DNA of 64,000 bases from Felis catus (taxonomy: Eukaryota), in assembly GCF_018350175.1 (NCBI RefSeq), contig NC_058368.1:148988001-149052000 (forward strand). Reading direction: 5' to 3'. Below are positions 13,901 to 26,987 of this stretch, piece by piece (the first letter of the stretch is position 1; every line of letters starts with the position of its first letter). A program made the translations under genes and the position numbers. Below the pieces are notes generated by a model that saw nothing but the letters and a program-made list of their open reading frames with translations, made no database searches and was not told where the DNA came from.

Positions 13901-14551
13901 AGAAATTAAGCTGATCCTGGGATAAAACTTACATAATTTACTAATTTCACTAATGCCATAAAAAGAATGGCATTAGAAGATTAAAATGTTCTCTATTGTA
14001 TATTTTGATTATTCCTTCCCAACCCCAGAAAATTAAAGAAATATAAATCTAAAATATGTTTTAATTTCAGAAGGTCTTGTTTTCAAATGTACATCCTAAG
14101 AAATTCCTCTTTTTTAGTCGAGCTCAGTTGCCTTTAGGGATATTCGTAGAATTAAGCTTGCTGCACATTCAAGGTCTTACAATGTGGACTAATTATGGAA
14201 AAAGTAATATTTCTCATTAAAGCTATCTCTAGTTGTACAAAGAACTCTAGATAAGTAAAATTAATTATATAAATAATTTTAAAACATCTAGTAATTCTTA
14301 TATTTACATTTAATCATTTAATGTTATTGTGCTTTGGTGTTTTGTCCTGTGCATTCAATGTGTGAGCACCACCTCAAATCAAGTTGATGTTATACTGAAG
14401 AGTTCAATATTTTCCAGCTTCCAAATTTGAAAAGTAACATTAGTAGTTTAATATTCTAATATTCTTTTTAGCTACCAAAATTTTAAACAGGAAACATTTT
14501 GACTAACATTTTAATGACATCTGCCCATTTCAGCTCTTAGTATCTTTATTA

Positions 14552-14756
14552 AAATTTTTTAACATTTATTCATTTTTGATAGAGTGTGAAGGGGGAAGGG
14601 GCAGAGAGAGAGGGAGACAGAATCTGAAGGAGGCTGCAGGTTCTGAGCTGTCAACACAGAGCCCAACAAGGGGCTCAAACTCACAGACCATGAGATCATG
14701 ACCCAAGCTGAAATTGGATGTCGGATGCTTAACCAACTGAGCCACCCGGGCACCCC
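14552..14756 (-). mobile_element. Can-SINE
   Basis: Reverse-complement SINE; TSD agtat(c/a)tttatta. Confidence 0.95.
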
Positions 14757-16264
14757 AGTATATTTATTATAATAGATCACCTATCATCTTCTAGCGGGAT
14801 ACTTTGACTTACTAATGGTCAGTGCCATTGTGTTTAGTAAGTAAAGTTGAAATACAACAGGCAAAAGAATGTAAGTTGATAAGCCAGCAGCTGAGTTATT
14901 CATAACATATTGGCTAGGGTACAGAATTAAAAAGATCTGTTAGAGAAAAGTACCAGTTTAGAATGTTAGTATAAGTGAAATGCATGCGTTTCAAGTGACA
15001 AGACTTAAAAACAAAAAAAAAATATGTAATGTTATATATTTTCACATATATTCTATATATGACTTTATTATTATTACCTTCATCTTCCTTGCCAACTGAC
15101 ACCATTTACTTATTTTCAATCAGACCAAGACAATGATTTCTAAAAGACAAAATTGTGAATTGGCATACAAGATAATTACCACACAGAAACCTAAATGAGG
15201 TCAGTAAACCTCAGATTATCAGTAAACCATTATCAGATTATCAGTAAACCATTTTGTTGTTTTCTTTTGTTTTTAACGTTGTTAATTCATTAAGCTCTGC
15301 ATTCAAATATATTGTCAGATAAAAAGGCAATGAGTAGACTACAAGAAAAAGTAAATCACAATCTGTTTATTTTTTTTTTTGCTTCAATAAAAAGCAGTGA
15401 CAATTATGCAATCATCCTCTATGAAAAATTGATCAATTTAAACAAGTATGAAAACACTCACACACATACACACAAATATACACACACAGAATTTGGCAGA
15501 AATTTAACACTATTAAGATAAAATGTCCAAATTGAAGACTTCTCCCACCAAGGAAAAAGTTGTGTTTTTTCCATAAATTAACACAGAGAAATATTGGTAG
15601 GGAAAATTTCAGCATTTCCATGTTTTAATATATCTTGGGAATATTCCCTGTTTAGTAACTGCTTGCTGTCTTCAGTTTGTCATCCTCCAAGCATTTTAAT
15701 TTTTCTTCAATAGGATTTCCCATAAGGACTGCTACTTCAAATATATTCTTAACTTGATTTGCTCTATATAGTTTAGGATCTTTCAAGGAATGCATGAATT
15801 GAAATCAAATCCTCAAAAGGAAGTATAAATGCTAAATGCATGTCAAAAGATAAGCCTCAAGTGTCTAGGACCCAAGACTGATACAATCTTTAATATATGT
15901 GCATCAGTAGTCCTGATTAAAATGCATATGAACATATTTGAACTATAACTCAAGGAAATATATATTTGAAGGTGAAATGTTAGGAAAATTGCCAGGGTGT
16001 CCAAAATGAAAAGGTCAAATGAACATTAGAAACTACTGCTGTCTCTATAAACAGAATACAAAATGTAAGCTTTCCATGCAGGCCTGTGAACTGAAAATAT
16101 ACAATATACAGATTAATTCAACAGCTTTAATGCAATTTCATTTGAAGCATGCAATTCCAATGTTTTCCCTGATAACTTGGCAACAGTTTTTGACTCATTT
16201 TTTTTTCAGAAGTGAATGAAAAAATCACATATGATATTCACAGCAAATTTGAATAATCTTACTA

Positions 16265-16378
16265 CATAAGAAGCTTTGTGAGATCACTGTCCATGTGTTT
16301 TTCCTTTATGTTTCTAGCATATGGTACAATGCCTGAACATAGAAGATAATAAATATTTGTTGAGTGGATGAGTAAACA
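16265..16378 (+). mobile_element. L2 3'-end fragment
   Basis: tggtacaatgcctgaacatagaagataataaatatttgttgagtggatgagt resembles L2 terminus. Confidence 0.6.
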
Positions 16379-16605
16379 GATATTTTTAGCTATGTATTCA
16401 ATACTATACCAAATGATATGGAGGCTACAGAAATACATGGCCTTTAGGAGATTCAAAACCTTCTGAAATATTTTTTTTAAATAAAACAAATATGTGTGCA
16501 CATATGTGCATGTGTGTATGTGTGAATTAAATCCAAAATTCACAGACTCAAGGGATCTGTTAGTTTAAAATATGTTAAGTATTTTATGTCTTAAAGAGGA
16601 AAATT

Positions 16606-16830
16606 GGGGCTCCTGGGTGGCTCAGTTGGGGTTAAGCATCTGACTCTTGATTTTGGCTTAGGTCATGATCTCACTGTGTGTGCGACTGAGCCCCACATCA
16701 GGCTCTGCACTGACCATGTGCAGCCGGCTTGGGATTCTCTCTCTCTCCCTTTCTCTCTCCCTTTCTCTCTCCCTTTCTTCCCCTGCTTGCTTGCACTCTC
16801 TCTTAAAATAAATACATAAACTTAAAAAAA
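16606..16830 (+). mobile_element. Can-SINE
   Basis: SINE head/body/tail; TSD aaagagg(a/c)aaattg. Confidence 0.95.
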
Positions 16831-16964
16831 AAAGAGGCAAATTGAATTTCTGACCTGTAAAATAACCTTGACCATATCTTAACTGAATAGAAGAAAACAT
16901 CTAAAGAAAGCACTGTTTTGTATGTTTGTTTTCTTTCAGGCCCTGCTTTTAGCTAGTCCCGGGT

Positions 16965-18143
16965 TCTTTTGATTTTTTTCCCCTACATTACTGACATATA
17001 ATTGACAAATAAAAACTGCTTATATTTAAAGTATACAATGTAATGTTTGATGTACATATAATTTCTGAAAGGATTAGAATGATCAAGCTTATAACATATT
17101 CATCCCCTCACATTGTCCCCCCCCCTTTTTTTCAGTAAGAACACTTGAGATGTATTATTTTACGTCAAGTATACAATACATTATTAACTATAGCCACCCT
17201 GCTGTTCATTAGTTTTCCATAACTTACTCATCGTATAACTGAATATTTGTTACCCTTGGAACAACTTATCTTCCTATTTTCTCAAACCCTTAAGCCACTG
17301 GTAACCATAGTTTTAGTCTCTGTTACTATGAGTTCATTTTTGATATTTTTAGATTCCACATATTAGTGAATAATGCAACTGTTCTCTTTCTGTGTCTAGT
17401 TTATTTCACTTAGCACAATGTCCTCCAGTTTCATTCATGTTGTTGCAAATGGCAGGACTTCTTTATTTTTAAAGACTAAATAGTATTCCATTGTATGTGT
17501 GTGTGTAAACCACATTTTCTTTATCCATTCATCTGCTGATGGGCACTTAGGTTGTTTCCAAATCTTGGCTACTGTGAATAATGTTGCAATGAACATTGCT
17601 GGTACAGATAACTCTTCAGGACAGTGATTTTATTTCTTTGAGTATATACCTGGAAGTGGGATTTCTGGATCACGTGGTAGTTCTATTTTTTTGAGGAATA
17701 TTCATACTGTTTTCCACAATGGCTATACCAACTTACATTCCCACCAACAGGCAGGAGGGTTTCTTTATCTCCAAATCCTTACCAAGACTTGTTCTCTTCT
17801 GACTTTTTGATAATAGCCATCTTAACAGGTGTGGAGTTATAACAAAAATAAACAGTGGGATGAATCAAACTTGCTTCTGTACAGCAAAGGCGACAATTAG
17901 CAAAATGAAAGACAACCTACAAAATGGAAAAAAAATATTTGTAAACCATTTGCCCAATAAGGAGTTAATATCAAAAATATAAAAAGAACTCCTACAACTC
18001 AAGAACAAATAAATAAAAAATAACCTAAATGAAAAATGGGCAAAGGACCTGAATAGATTTTGTTTTACAAAGAAGACATACAAATGGCCAACAGATATAT
18101 GCAAAGATGTTCAACATTACTAATCATTAGGGAAATGCAAATC
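16965..18143 (-). mobile_element. LINE-1 3' end (L1MA-like) with 5' inversion (16965-17840 minus, 17841-18143 plus)
   Basis: Minus-strand 3'UTR/ORF2 end joined to plus-strand ORF2 piece ending gggaaatgcaaatc; the two pieces are near-contiguous in L1. Confidence 0.9.
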
Positions 18144-19359
18144 CGATACTGTTTTAATCATATGGGTAGCTAAGGAAAATGTTTTCATGAATCATGGAAA
18201 ACCAAACCATCACCAAAGGCAATGTCAATGCACCTATTCTCTCAGCTTTCTGTTGAGAAGTTGATCATCTAACAGAGCTCAAATATTCTGGCCCAATTGT
18301 TAAAATCAGTTTTCTTGTGAAGAAACAGAGGGCATTGTAAAAGTGGAAGGTATATAGCCCCATTAGCAAGACCATTCATAGCATAAGATAAATAAAGCAG
18401 TCTATTTTTAGCATTTTGTAGATTTAATCATATATTTTCTCTCATTTTTCTAATATCATGCTCAAAATCTCTGATTATTGCATAGCTCTCCATCACTTCC
18501 CCATAGGAAAGAATATTTTGTCATCTATTATATAGACCTGGATTATGCCTGTTATTTGATAGTCATTTTTCATTGTAAGTTAATAATCATTTGATTACTT
18601 TTTGATTTCCTCTTTATAGGAAGAATTTCTTTATAGAAAGAAAATGAGCTAACGTCGAGATAGAACTTTTCTCAAGTCTATGAAAGTTATACATTACATT
18701 ATTAATTTTACAAAGCAATTTCATAAACTTGAGCAAGAAGAGTTAGCCTCTGAAAAATAGATTTGGTTTCTATGTACTGTAAAATCCAGATTTTGAGCCT
18801 GTAATGCCAAAAGGCAGCCCTTAGATCATGGCAAATTCACCAGATCACAGATGTCATTATGCTATCGGAAAACAGCTTTTTGCCAGGCATACTTGACGTT
18901 GCCACTGAATGTTCTTTCTAAACCACAACTATGACATCTGGAACTGAAGCTAAATGATGGAGAAATTTAGATCAAGTTTCTTTGCAATTTGTAGCATGAA
19001 CTATCAACACTCTTGCTTCTTGTTGTTTGGCAACCTTTGCTTCCTTCAGAAAAACTTCATCTGCAAATATCATGATTCAAAGATGAAACAAAATAAAACA
19101 AAGAGGCAGTGACCTGGGCAGGGCAAATGGCACCTGAGGGCAATTATGAAGTGTTGTCTTCCTTTCTTTGCTATATACTGCCACTATGCTAGACTTAGCA
19201 TAGGCTACATATATTATGGTGTATGCTTAGAGACATGCCCAGGAATATCCATCCTTCTCTGCCTCACTTAACTATGCCCTTTAAAAAAGATACTGCTTTC
19301 AACTTTTCATCCCCAAAAATCTCTAGTATGTTATTTAGAAATGTATATTATAGAGTTTT

Positions 19360-19480
19360 CATTGAAGTCAGACAGACTTAGATTCCAATATCATTTTTGC
19401 TATTAATTAGTGTGCAATTGGAGGAAGCCTAAGGATCCTATTAGCCTTCACTTTGCTATGCCAGTTAGGAATTAAGCTCT
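19360..19480 (+). mobile_element. MIR fragment
   Basis: gaagtcagacagacttagattccaat...gctattaattagtgtg resembles MIR core. Confidence 0.5.
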
Positions 19481-22445
19481 CCCAGGGGGTTGGCGAGGTT
19501 CACTCTGTAGTCTAGTACACATGGAACAGGAATATTTTCCTAGAAAGAAAAGATGTTTAGTTAAATTCCAAAGTATGGATTATAATAAGCTTTAAATTTT
19601 GAGGAGAAAAACAACTTCTAAAATCAATATATGGATTATAGCCCTTAAAGTTGAAGAAATACTTTCCCTAAATCTGAACAATTTCTACCAAAGCTATGTT
19701 TTATTATTAAATAATGAAAGTCCTCTAATATCTGTGTGCTTAATAAAGCAATTTAGGTTTCTTTCTACCTATTTATTTCTGTCCTACCAATTTAGGTTTT
19801 CTGGGCATAGTTAGTAAAGTCTGTTTTTGTGTTTTTGTTTTTGTTTTTGTTTTTTGGTGGGGAGAGTTTGCAATCCTTTCAAATGAACAATTTGAAAATT
19901 GGGCTCTTTTCTAATACCATATAATAAATATTTGTGAAATTTAATAAGTCCATCATAAATTACAGACCTCACAGCTCTGAAAAAATATATAATTAATAAT
20001 TTTACTTGTTGACTGGGATATGTAAATATAAATTCTCTCCTTTTTGGAAAATAACACTTTGAAATACAGCTCAGGTTTAAATTCTATTTTCCATAGATTA
20101 CTTTAGTAAAACAATCTTTTCCTAGAATTGATTTGAAATCCCACTGTATGTCAGGACTATACTAGAGTATTGCCAGTGGTAAAGTCATCAGTGATATAAC
20201 CAAGTAAGGACAGAGCTTAAGAGTGTGACATATAGAAACTTAAGGATAGATTGATGTTTCTAATCCACACATCAATTCAACATAATCAGTTATCTAAGAA
20301 AATGATAGATTATTTGACTAAGTTGGCACACATGCTTTTAACGTGGCTCTTCTTAAAGACAAATTAAGTGGCCTAAGAATTTACACCCATAAAGCTCATA
20401 AAAAATACCCAAGAATAAAGTGAGAGAGGAGAAGATCAATTGGAATTAAATGAAGAGTGTCTGTTTACTTGAAATGGCAGTCTTTTATTGCCATCTGTTA
20501 CAGATAGCTTTAAAGATTTTACAAGCTTAGACTTCTGAAAGTGATCAATCCCTAAGAGGTAGAGTCCTACAGGGTGCAAAGATAGCAAGATTAAAAAGCA
20601 CAAATAAATTTCTTACTACCTAATGCCCTGAACCCTGGGTTTTCTTTCAAAAAAGCAGGTCACTGAAAACAGATCCACAATTAAACAGCTCTCAGTGTTA
20701 AATGCCTATCATTGTTTTGGCACGCTTGATAAAAATAATATAATCATCATCATCAGTCTTAGTAGTTAACAAACCCGGATGCTTTAAAAACTCTCAAGGC
20801 TTTCTTTATAGACTCAAAAATTATGTTACTTTATTAAGGAAGGAAACTTGAGATTGCACCTCTTTTTCCTTTTACTTCTTTGTTCTCATGGTTGCTCTTG
20901 ATAGCATATTTCAAAATAGCAGACAATTCTATAACACTGGATTTCCCCAAGTAATTTCAATGAAGATCCATCTCAAAAGGAATTTTTAAGTTTTGAAAAT
21001 AAATCTCTTCAAAATTCATTGCAAAGAAAATCTTAACAAATTAGCATATTAAAGCTCAGAGTATTCTATTTTGTTTGGTTGTTTTTTAATTTCTCAAATA
21101 TGCTTTATTAAAGACCATCACTTTCATAAACATCTATCAGCATCCATTGGTACTATGATTTATAGTAATTTATAGTAATGTTAAAGCTACAAAGTCAAAG
21201 GAAATGATTATTTAGGTTTCTTCTTTGCCAGACAGATTTCTTCGATCTCTCTCACTGTCAAAAGAATATATAGTAGTATGGTACATTAAATCAAGAAAAT
21301 GAAAACATTATGCTTAATAAATTCAGGAAATTAAAATGTAAATAATCTGAACTTAAATATAAACTAATCTAAATTAGCAAAAACCAAAACAAAACACAAA
21401 AACACTTATACCACAGAGAATTAAAATTTTTAAAAATATTAAATTGAATGTCCAATATATGATTCATCACTAGATATGATCAAGGGATGATTAAAATTTT
21501 AGCACCTCATTATATTTTATGTACAATATCAATAGAACACACTGACAAAATTATCTAAGTTGTAAAGGTTAATTCTCCTATTTGGACTATCTGCCAAGAC
21601 TCCACTTCTAATTTTATATTCAGAGAAAGAAACAAATGACAGGCATTCTATTTAATTATTCCCATACTACTGTGCACTAGAGGAAAAATCAAATGCATTC
21701 GCCTTGTAATGTCTCACAAGGACAAAGAAAGGCATAAAACACCTATTTTTATATGTGTATTTCATTATATCTGGAATTTAAAATTTAGTTTTTGAAACAT
21801 GAACAAAAAAAAAGTAGTGGGAAATGTATTTTTAAAGGGCACAGTCAGCATTTAATATCTTAAAACCATCACAGTCTAGAGATCTAATATTGCTCCTGAA
21901 ACCATCTCAGATAAGAAAGATTAGTTTTTATTTCTGTATACTGAGGATATATTTAAATGATACAAGTGACCCAGGACAAATAAAAAATATTTTTTCCAGA
22001 ACACATTAAGTAATAAGGAGTATACAGGTCTACCAATTTACCATTTTTCAGGGATCATTTTTCATCTGAAGGGGCTCTCAATATTACACGTAGTGATATC
22101 ACCAAAGTAGAATATCATCAAAGTAAGAAACAAGAACATGTCATATTCTATTTTTGCTAGACTTATTAAAGATCAAATCAGTCTTTCTATACTGTATTCA
22201 CATTCTTTCTATTTTGTATTTTAAAATTTCATTAAAGAAGTTATTTTAGAGATGACCACCAACAATCAACAAGCAATAGCTTTGTGAAAGGTGCTGGTAG
22301 CTGGATTTTCAGCATTTCTGTCAAAGGCTTGAGTTAAAAAATGAAATATATTTGGTTCACATTGTTCCACTCTCCACATAAGCAGCTAACAACCTCTAGA
22401 GAAAATCCCAGAGTTATGTAATTAATTTTGAAATAAATAGTCTTA

Positions 22446-22660
22446 GGAGTGCCTGGGTGGCTCAATCGGTTAGGCGTCCGACTTTGGCTCAGGTCATGAT
22501 TTCCTAGTTTGCAAGTTCGAGCCCACATCAGGCTTTGTGATGATGGCTCAGAGCCTGGAGCCTACTTCGACTCTGTGTCTCCTTCTGTCTCTGCCCATCC
22601 CTCACTTGTGCTCTGTCTCTCTCTGTCTCAAAAATAAATAAATGTTAAAAAATTTTTAAA
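22446..22660 (+). mobile_element. Can-SINE (SINEC_Fc type)
   Basis: ggagtgcctgggtggctcaatcggttaggcgtccgact head, cagagcctggagcct body, A tail. Confidence 0.96.
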
Positions 22661-24204
22661 AATGAAATAGTTTTAAAATCTAAAGTATAAAAAATCATTT
22701 ATTGATGAAATAAGTTACTAAATGGTATTAATTACAAATCTATCAAATATAAAATAGCCTCAATAGCTAGATAAATGGTATTAAGTTGCAGAGATAAACA
22801 TTACACAATAGATTAGCTGCCTAGAATAGGTATGAAGAGTATCACATAGCATAAGCACAATAGACTTTTTACCTGAAGAATGATACCTAATAAATACTAG
22901 AAAATTTTAATAATTTCATCATATACTTCCCATGAGAAAGAAAAGAAAGATGATGAGTGAATATAGTCAGAAGCTACCTTCCCCTTGCCTTAGAGGGGAT
23001 TATCTCTTCGGAGAATACATCAGTAGCAAGGGTACATTAATACATAAATTCAGTTTATATTGTTATCAATGTTTAGGACATGATGAATGAATGATAACTT
23101 TCAGCCTTACTTCATCATCTAGTTCCATAAGAAATCACATTTAAATAATCAGTGTTGATATAATTATGCAACTTCTCAGCATTAATAGGGTATTCTTATT
23201 CAAATTATCAAACATTAGTATATAATTAATGACCTTTATATTTCACAGCATCTGCTTATGGAAAATCAATACTATGAAAGAGTTTTATGTATATGACTTA
23301 AAAGTCATGGCTTTTTGCTCATTTGGAGAATATAATATTATTTCCATATTACTGTTTTGCAAATGAAATCCTACTTACTAAGCATAATTGCATCACTTGG
23401 TTTCCTTTCACCCTTCTTGAAGAACCATTGCCTCATTTGCTTTTTCAACCCTCTGACACCTCTTTGTGACTTTTGAAAAACGGGCACAAATGAGTAACAC
23501 CAGAACTAACCATATACAAAATCATGAATGGAGGTGGAATTTAAAGAGGAAAAGCCATTGAATAGTAGTTTTAGAAAATATGAAAAATAGACTCGATCAT
23601 ATACTTGATTTTACTTTCATGCCAATCTCATTCAAAGGGTTCAATAGACGTATTAAGTGCTTCAGATGTTGTGTGTTCATTTAAATGACCACCATCCATT
23701 CATCTATTTTATCTCTCTTTTGAAACTTATAATATTCTTTTAATGAAGATGATGGGTTAAGACAGATGCTTAGTAACTAACAGATTGACATTTCAATATT
23801 TTAAGAATAATATATTTTCCAATACTCTTTCCATTTCAGGTCATCCAACCTAAGTAGAAATGTTTCCAGAAAATAAATGTTGATGAAGTATTCTTGATTT
23901 TCAGAATTTTTCAAATTCTGTCTGTGCTATACACATCCTTTTAGCAGTTGAACAATTATTAAGCAAGTAGCTATGGAGAGAAATTTCAGTACCATGCTCT
24001 CTTAAACACTAAAAATTCACAGATTTGGGGATTTTAATATCAGTCTCTTATTAATATATGTATACTACATCAAAGTATCTACTTATTTAATTATTGGGAT
24101 TGGTTTTTAAAATTCAGGTTTTCATTTTAATATTAGTTTATAGCCTGTGTATTCACCTTCTTACCTCCAAAGTCCCTCTGAATCATCATAATTAAAAACT
24201 TTTG

Positions 24205-24728
24205 CTCTGTGTTGCCATTAAGAAAATGAATATAAGCCACAGATTGGGAAAAGATGCAAAACATAAATATGATAAAGATCTTGTGTCCAGAAAATAGAAA
24301 GGAATCATAAAACTCAACAATAAGAAAAAAATGAACCTATGTTTTTAAATGGACAAAATATTTGAAAAGACAAAGATGATATAAAAGTGCCTGATATGCA
24401 CATGAGAAGTTGACCAATATCATTAATATTAAGAAATGCAAATGAAAACAACAATCATACATAATTACACAACCACTAGATCAGCTAAAATTAAAAATAA
24501 GACTGATTATACCAAGTTTTCTTGAGGATATGGAAAAACTAGAAGACTTATACTATGCTGGTAAATATAAGTACTTTAGAAAACAGTTTTGCAATCTGTT
24601 AAAATGTTAAACATACACATATTACATGTCCCAGAAATCATATCTTTAGGTATTTACTAAAAAAATGAAAATTTATATCCATTAAAGGACTTGAACCTAT
24701 GTTCATAAAAGCATTATTCATGTCCATC
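24205..24728 (+). mobile_element. Ancient LINE-1 ORF2-end fragment (L1MC/MD/ME-age)
   Basis: Diverged aagccacagattgggaaaagat...aaactcaacaataagaaa...gaaatgcaaatgaaaacaacaat. Confidence 0.8.
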
Positions 24729-26480
24729 TTAAAATAGAAACAAGCAAGAAAAAATGTTGTTTTCTGTGTTGTTAATTTTAGTCATTCTGACTAGTGTGAG
24801 GTGACATCTCATTGTAGAAGTTTTGATTTGTATTTCCCTGATGATGAGTGATGTTGGGATTCTTTTCATGTGTCTGTTAGCCATCTGGATGTTTTCTTTG
24901 GAAAAATGTCTATCCATGTTGTCTGCCTGTTTCTTAACTAGATTGTTTTTGGGGTGTTGAGTTTATAACGTTTTATAGATTTTGGATACTAACCCTTTAT
25001 CATATATGTCGTTTGCAAGTATCTTCTCCCATTCTGTCAGTTGCCTTTTTGTTTTGTTGATTGTTGCATTTGCTGTGCAGAAGCTTTGTATCTTGATGAA
25101 GTCCCAGTAGTTCATGCTTGCTTTTGTTTCCCTTGTCTGGGAAGACATATCCAGTAAGAAGTTGCTATGGCTGAGGTCAAAGGGGTTACTGTCTGTGTTC
25201 TCTAGGTTTTTGATGGTTTCCTGTCTCACATTTAGGTTTTTAATCTATTTTTAATTTATTTTTGTGTATAGTGTAAGAAAGTGGTCCAGTTTCATTCTTT
25301 TGCATATTGCTGCCCAGCTTTTCCAACACCATTTGTTAAAAAGACTGTCTTTTGTCCATTAGACATTATTTCCTGTTTTCAAAGATTAATTTATGGGTTC
25401 ATTTCTGGCTTTTGTATTCTGTTCCATTGGTCTACGTGTCTGCTTTTTGTGCCAATAGCATGCTGTCTTCATCACTACAGCTTTGCAATATAACTTGAAG
25501 TCTGGATTGTGATGTTTCCAGCTTTGCTTTTCTTTTTCAAGATTGCTTTGGGTATTCAACGTCTTTTGTGGTTCCATATAAATTTTAAGTTTGTTTGTTC
25601 TAGCCCTGTGAAAAATTCTGGTGGTATTGTAGTAGGTACACATATATTGCAATAAATGTGTAGGTTACTTTGGGTAGTGTAGACATTTTAACAATATTTG
25701 TTCTTCTAATCCTTGAGCATGGAATGTTTTAGGGTTTTTTTTCCATTTCTTTGTGTCATCCTCAATTTCTTTCATCAGTGTTTCAGAGTTTTCAGAGTAT
25801 GGATCTCTCACCTCTTTGGTTAGATTTATTAATAGGATTCTAATGGTTTTTGGAGCAGTTGTAAATGGAATCGATTCCTTGATTTCTCTTTCTGGGGCTT
25901 CATTTTTGGCGTATAGAAATGCATCTGATTTCTGTACATAGAATTTGTATTCTGTGACTTTACTGAATTTGTGTATCAGCTCTAGCAATTTTTTAGTGGA
26001 GTATTTTGGGTTTTCTATATAAAATAGCAAGTCGTTTGCAAATAGTGAAATTTCAACCTCTTCCTTGCCAATTTGGATGCCTTTTTTTTTTCTTTTTGTT
26101 GTCTGCTGAGGCTAAGACCTCCAATACTGTATTAAATAACAGTAGTGAGAGTGGACATCCCTGTCTGAAGCTCTCAGTTTTTCCTCATTTATGATGATAT
26201 TAGATGTAGGTTTCTTATATAGGGTTTATGGTGTTGAAGTATCTTCCCTCTGAACCTACTTTGGTGAGAATTTTTATCATGAATGTGTGTTGTACTTTGT
26301 CAAGTCCTTTTTCCGCATCTATTGAAAGGATCATATGGTTCTTATCCTTTCTTTTATTAATGTACTGTATCACATTGATTTGCAAATATCAAACCTCCTT
26401 TGCAGCCCAAGAATAAATCCCACTTGATCATGGTGAATGATTTTTTTAATGTAGTGTTGGATTTGTTTTGCTAGTATTTT

Positions 26481-26698
26481 TTTTAATTTTTTTTTCAACG
26501 TTTATTTATTTTTGGGACAGAGAGAGACAGAGCATGAATGGGGGAGGGGCAGAGAGAGAGGGAGACACAGAATCGGAAACAGGCTCCAGGCTCTGAGCCA
26601 TCAGCCCAGAGCCTGACGCGGGGCTCGAACTCACGGACCGCGAGATCGTGACCTGGCTGAAGTCGGACACTTAACCGACTGTGCCACCCAGGCACCCC
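26481..26698 (-). mobile_element. Young Can-SINE (SINEC_Fc) nested in L1
   Basis: CpG-rich near-consensus copy; perfect TSD tgttttgctagtatttt (26464-26480, 26699-26715). Confidence 0.97.
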
Positions 26699-26770
26699 TG
26701 TTTTGCTAGTATTTTGTTGAGAATTTTTGCATCCATGTTCATCAGGGATATTGGCCTGTATTTCTCTTGT

Positions 26771-26987
26771 TTAAAAAAAAATAATGTTTATTTTTGAGAG
26801 AGTGAGAGGACAGGGAGAGAAAGAATGGGGGGAGAGGCAGAGAAAGAGGGAGACACATATTCCAAAGCAGGATCCAGGCTCTGAGCTGTCAGTACAGAGC
26901 CTGATGTGGGGCTCAAACTTGTGAACCATGAGATCATGACATGGGCCAAAGTCAGACGCTTCACTGACTAAGCCACCCAAGCATCCC
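26771..26987 (-). mobile_element. Can-SINE nested in L1
   Basis: Reverse-complement SINE body; L1 ORF2 resumes at tagtggcgtctttgtctgg; no clear TSD. Confidence 0.94.

Noticed and set aside
18770..19150. Non-repetitive, moderately GC-richer stretch that might be a conserved element
   Set aside because: No ORF, splice or motif evidence visible without cross-species alignment
24724..24737. ccatcttaaaatag resembling ccatcttcaaattg at 30449-30462 as a possible TSD
   Set aside because: The right copy overlaps the L1's own AAGATGG 5' motif and the left overlaps older L1 sequence; likely coincidence
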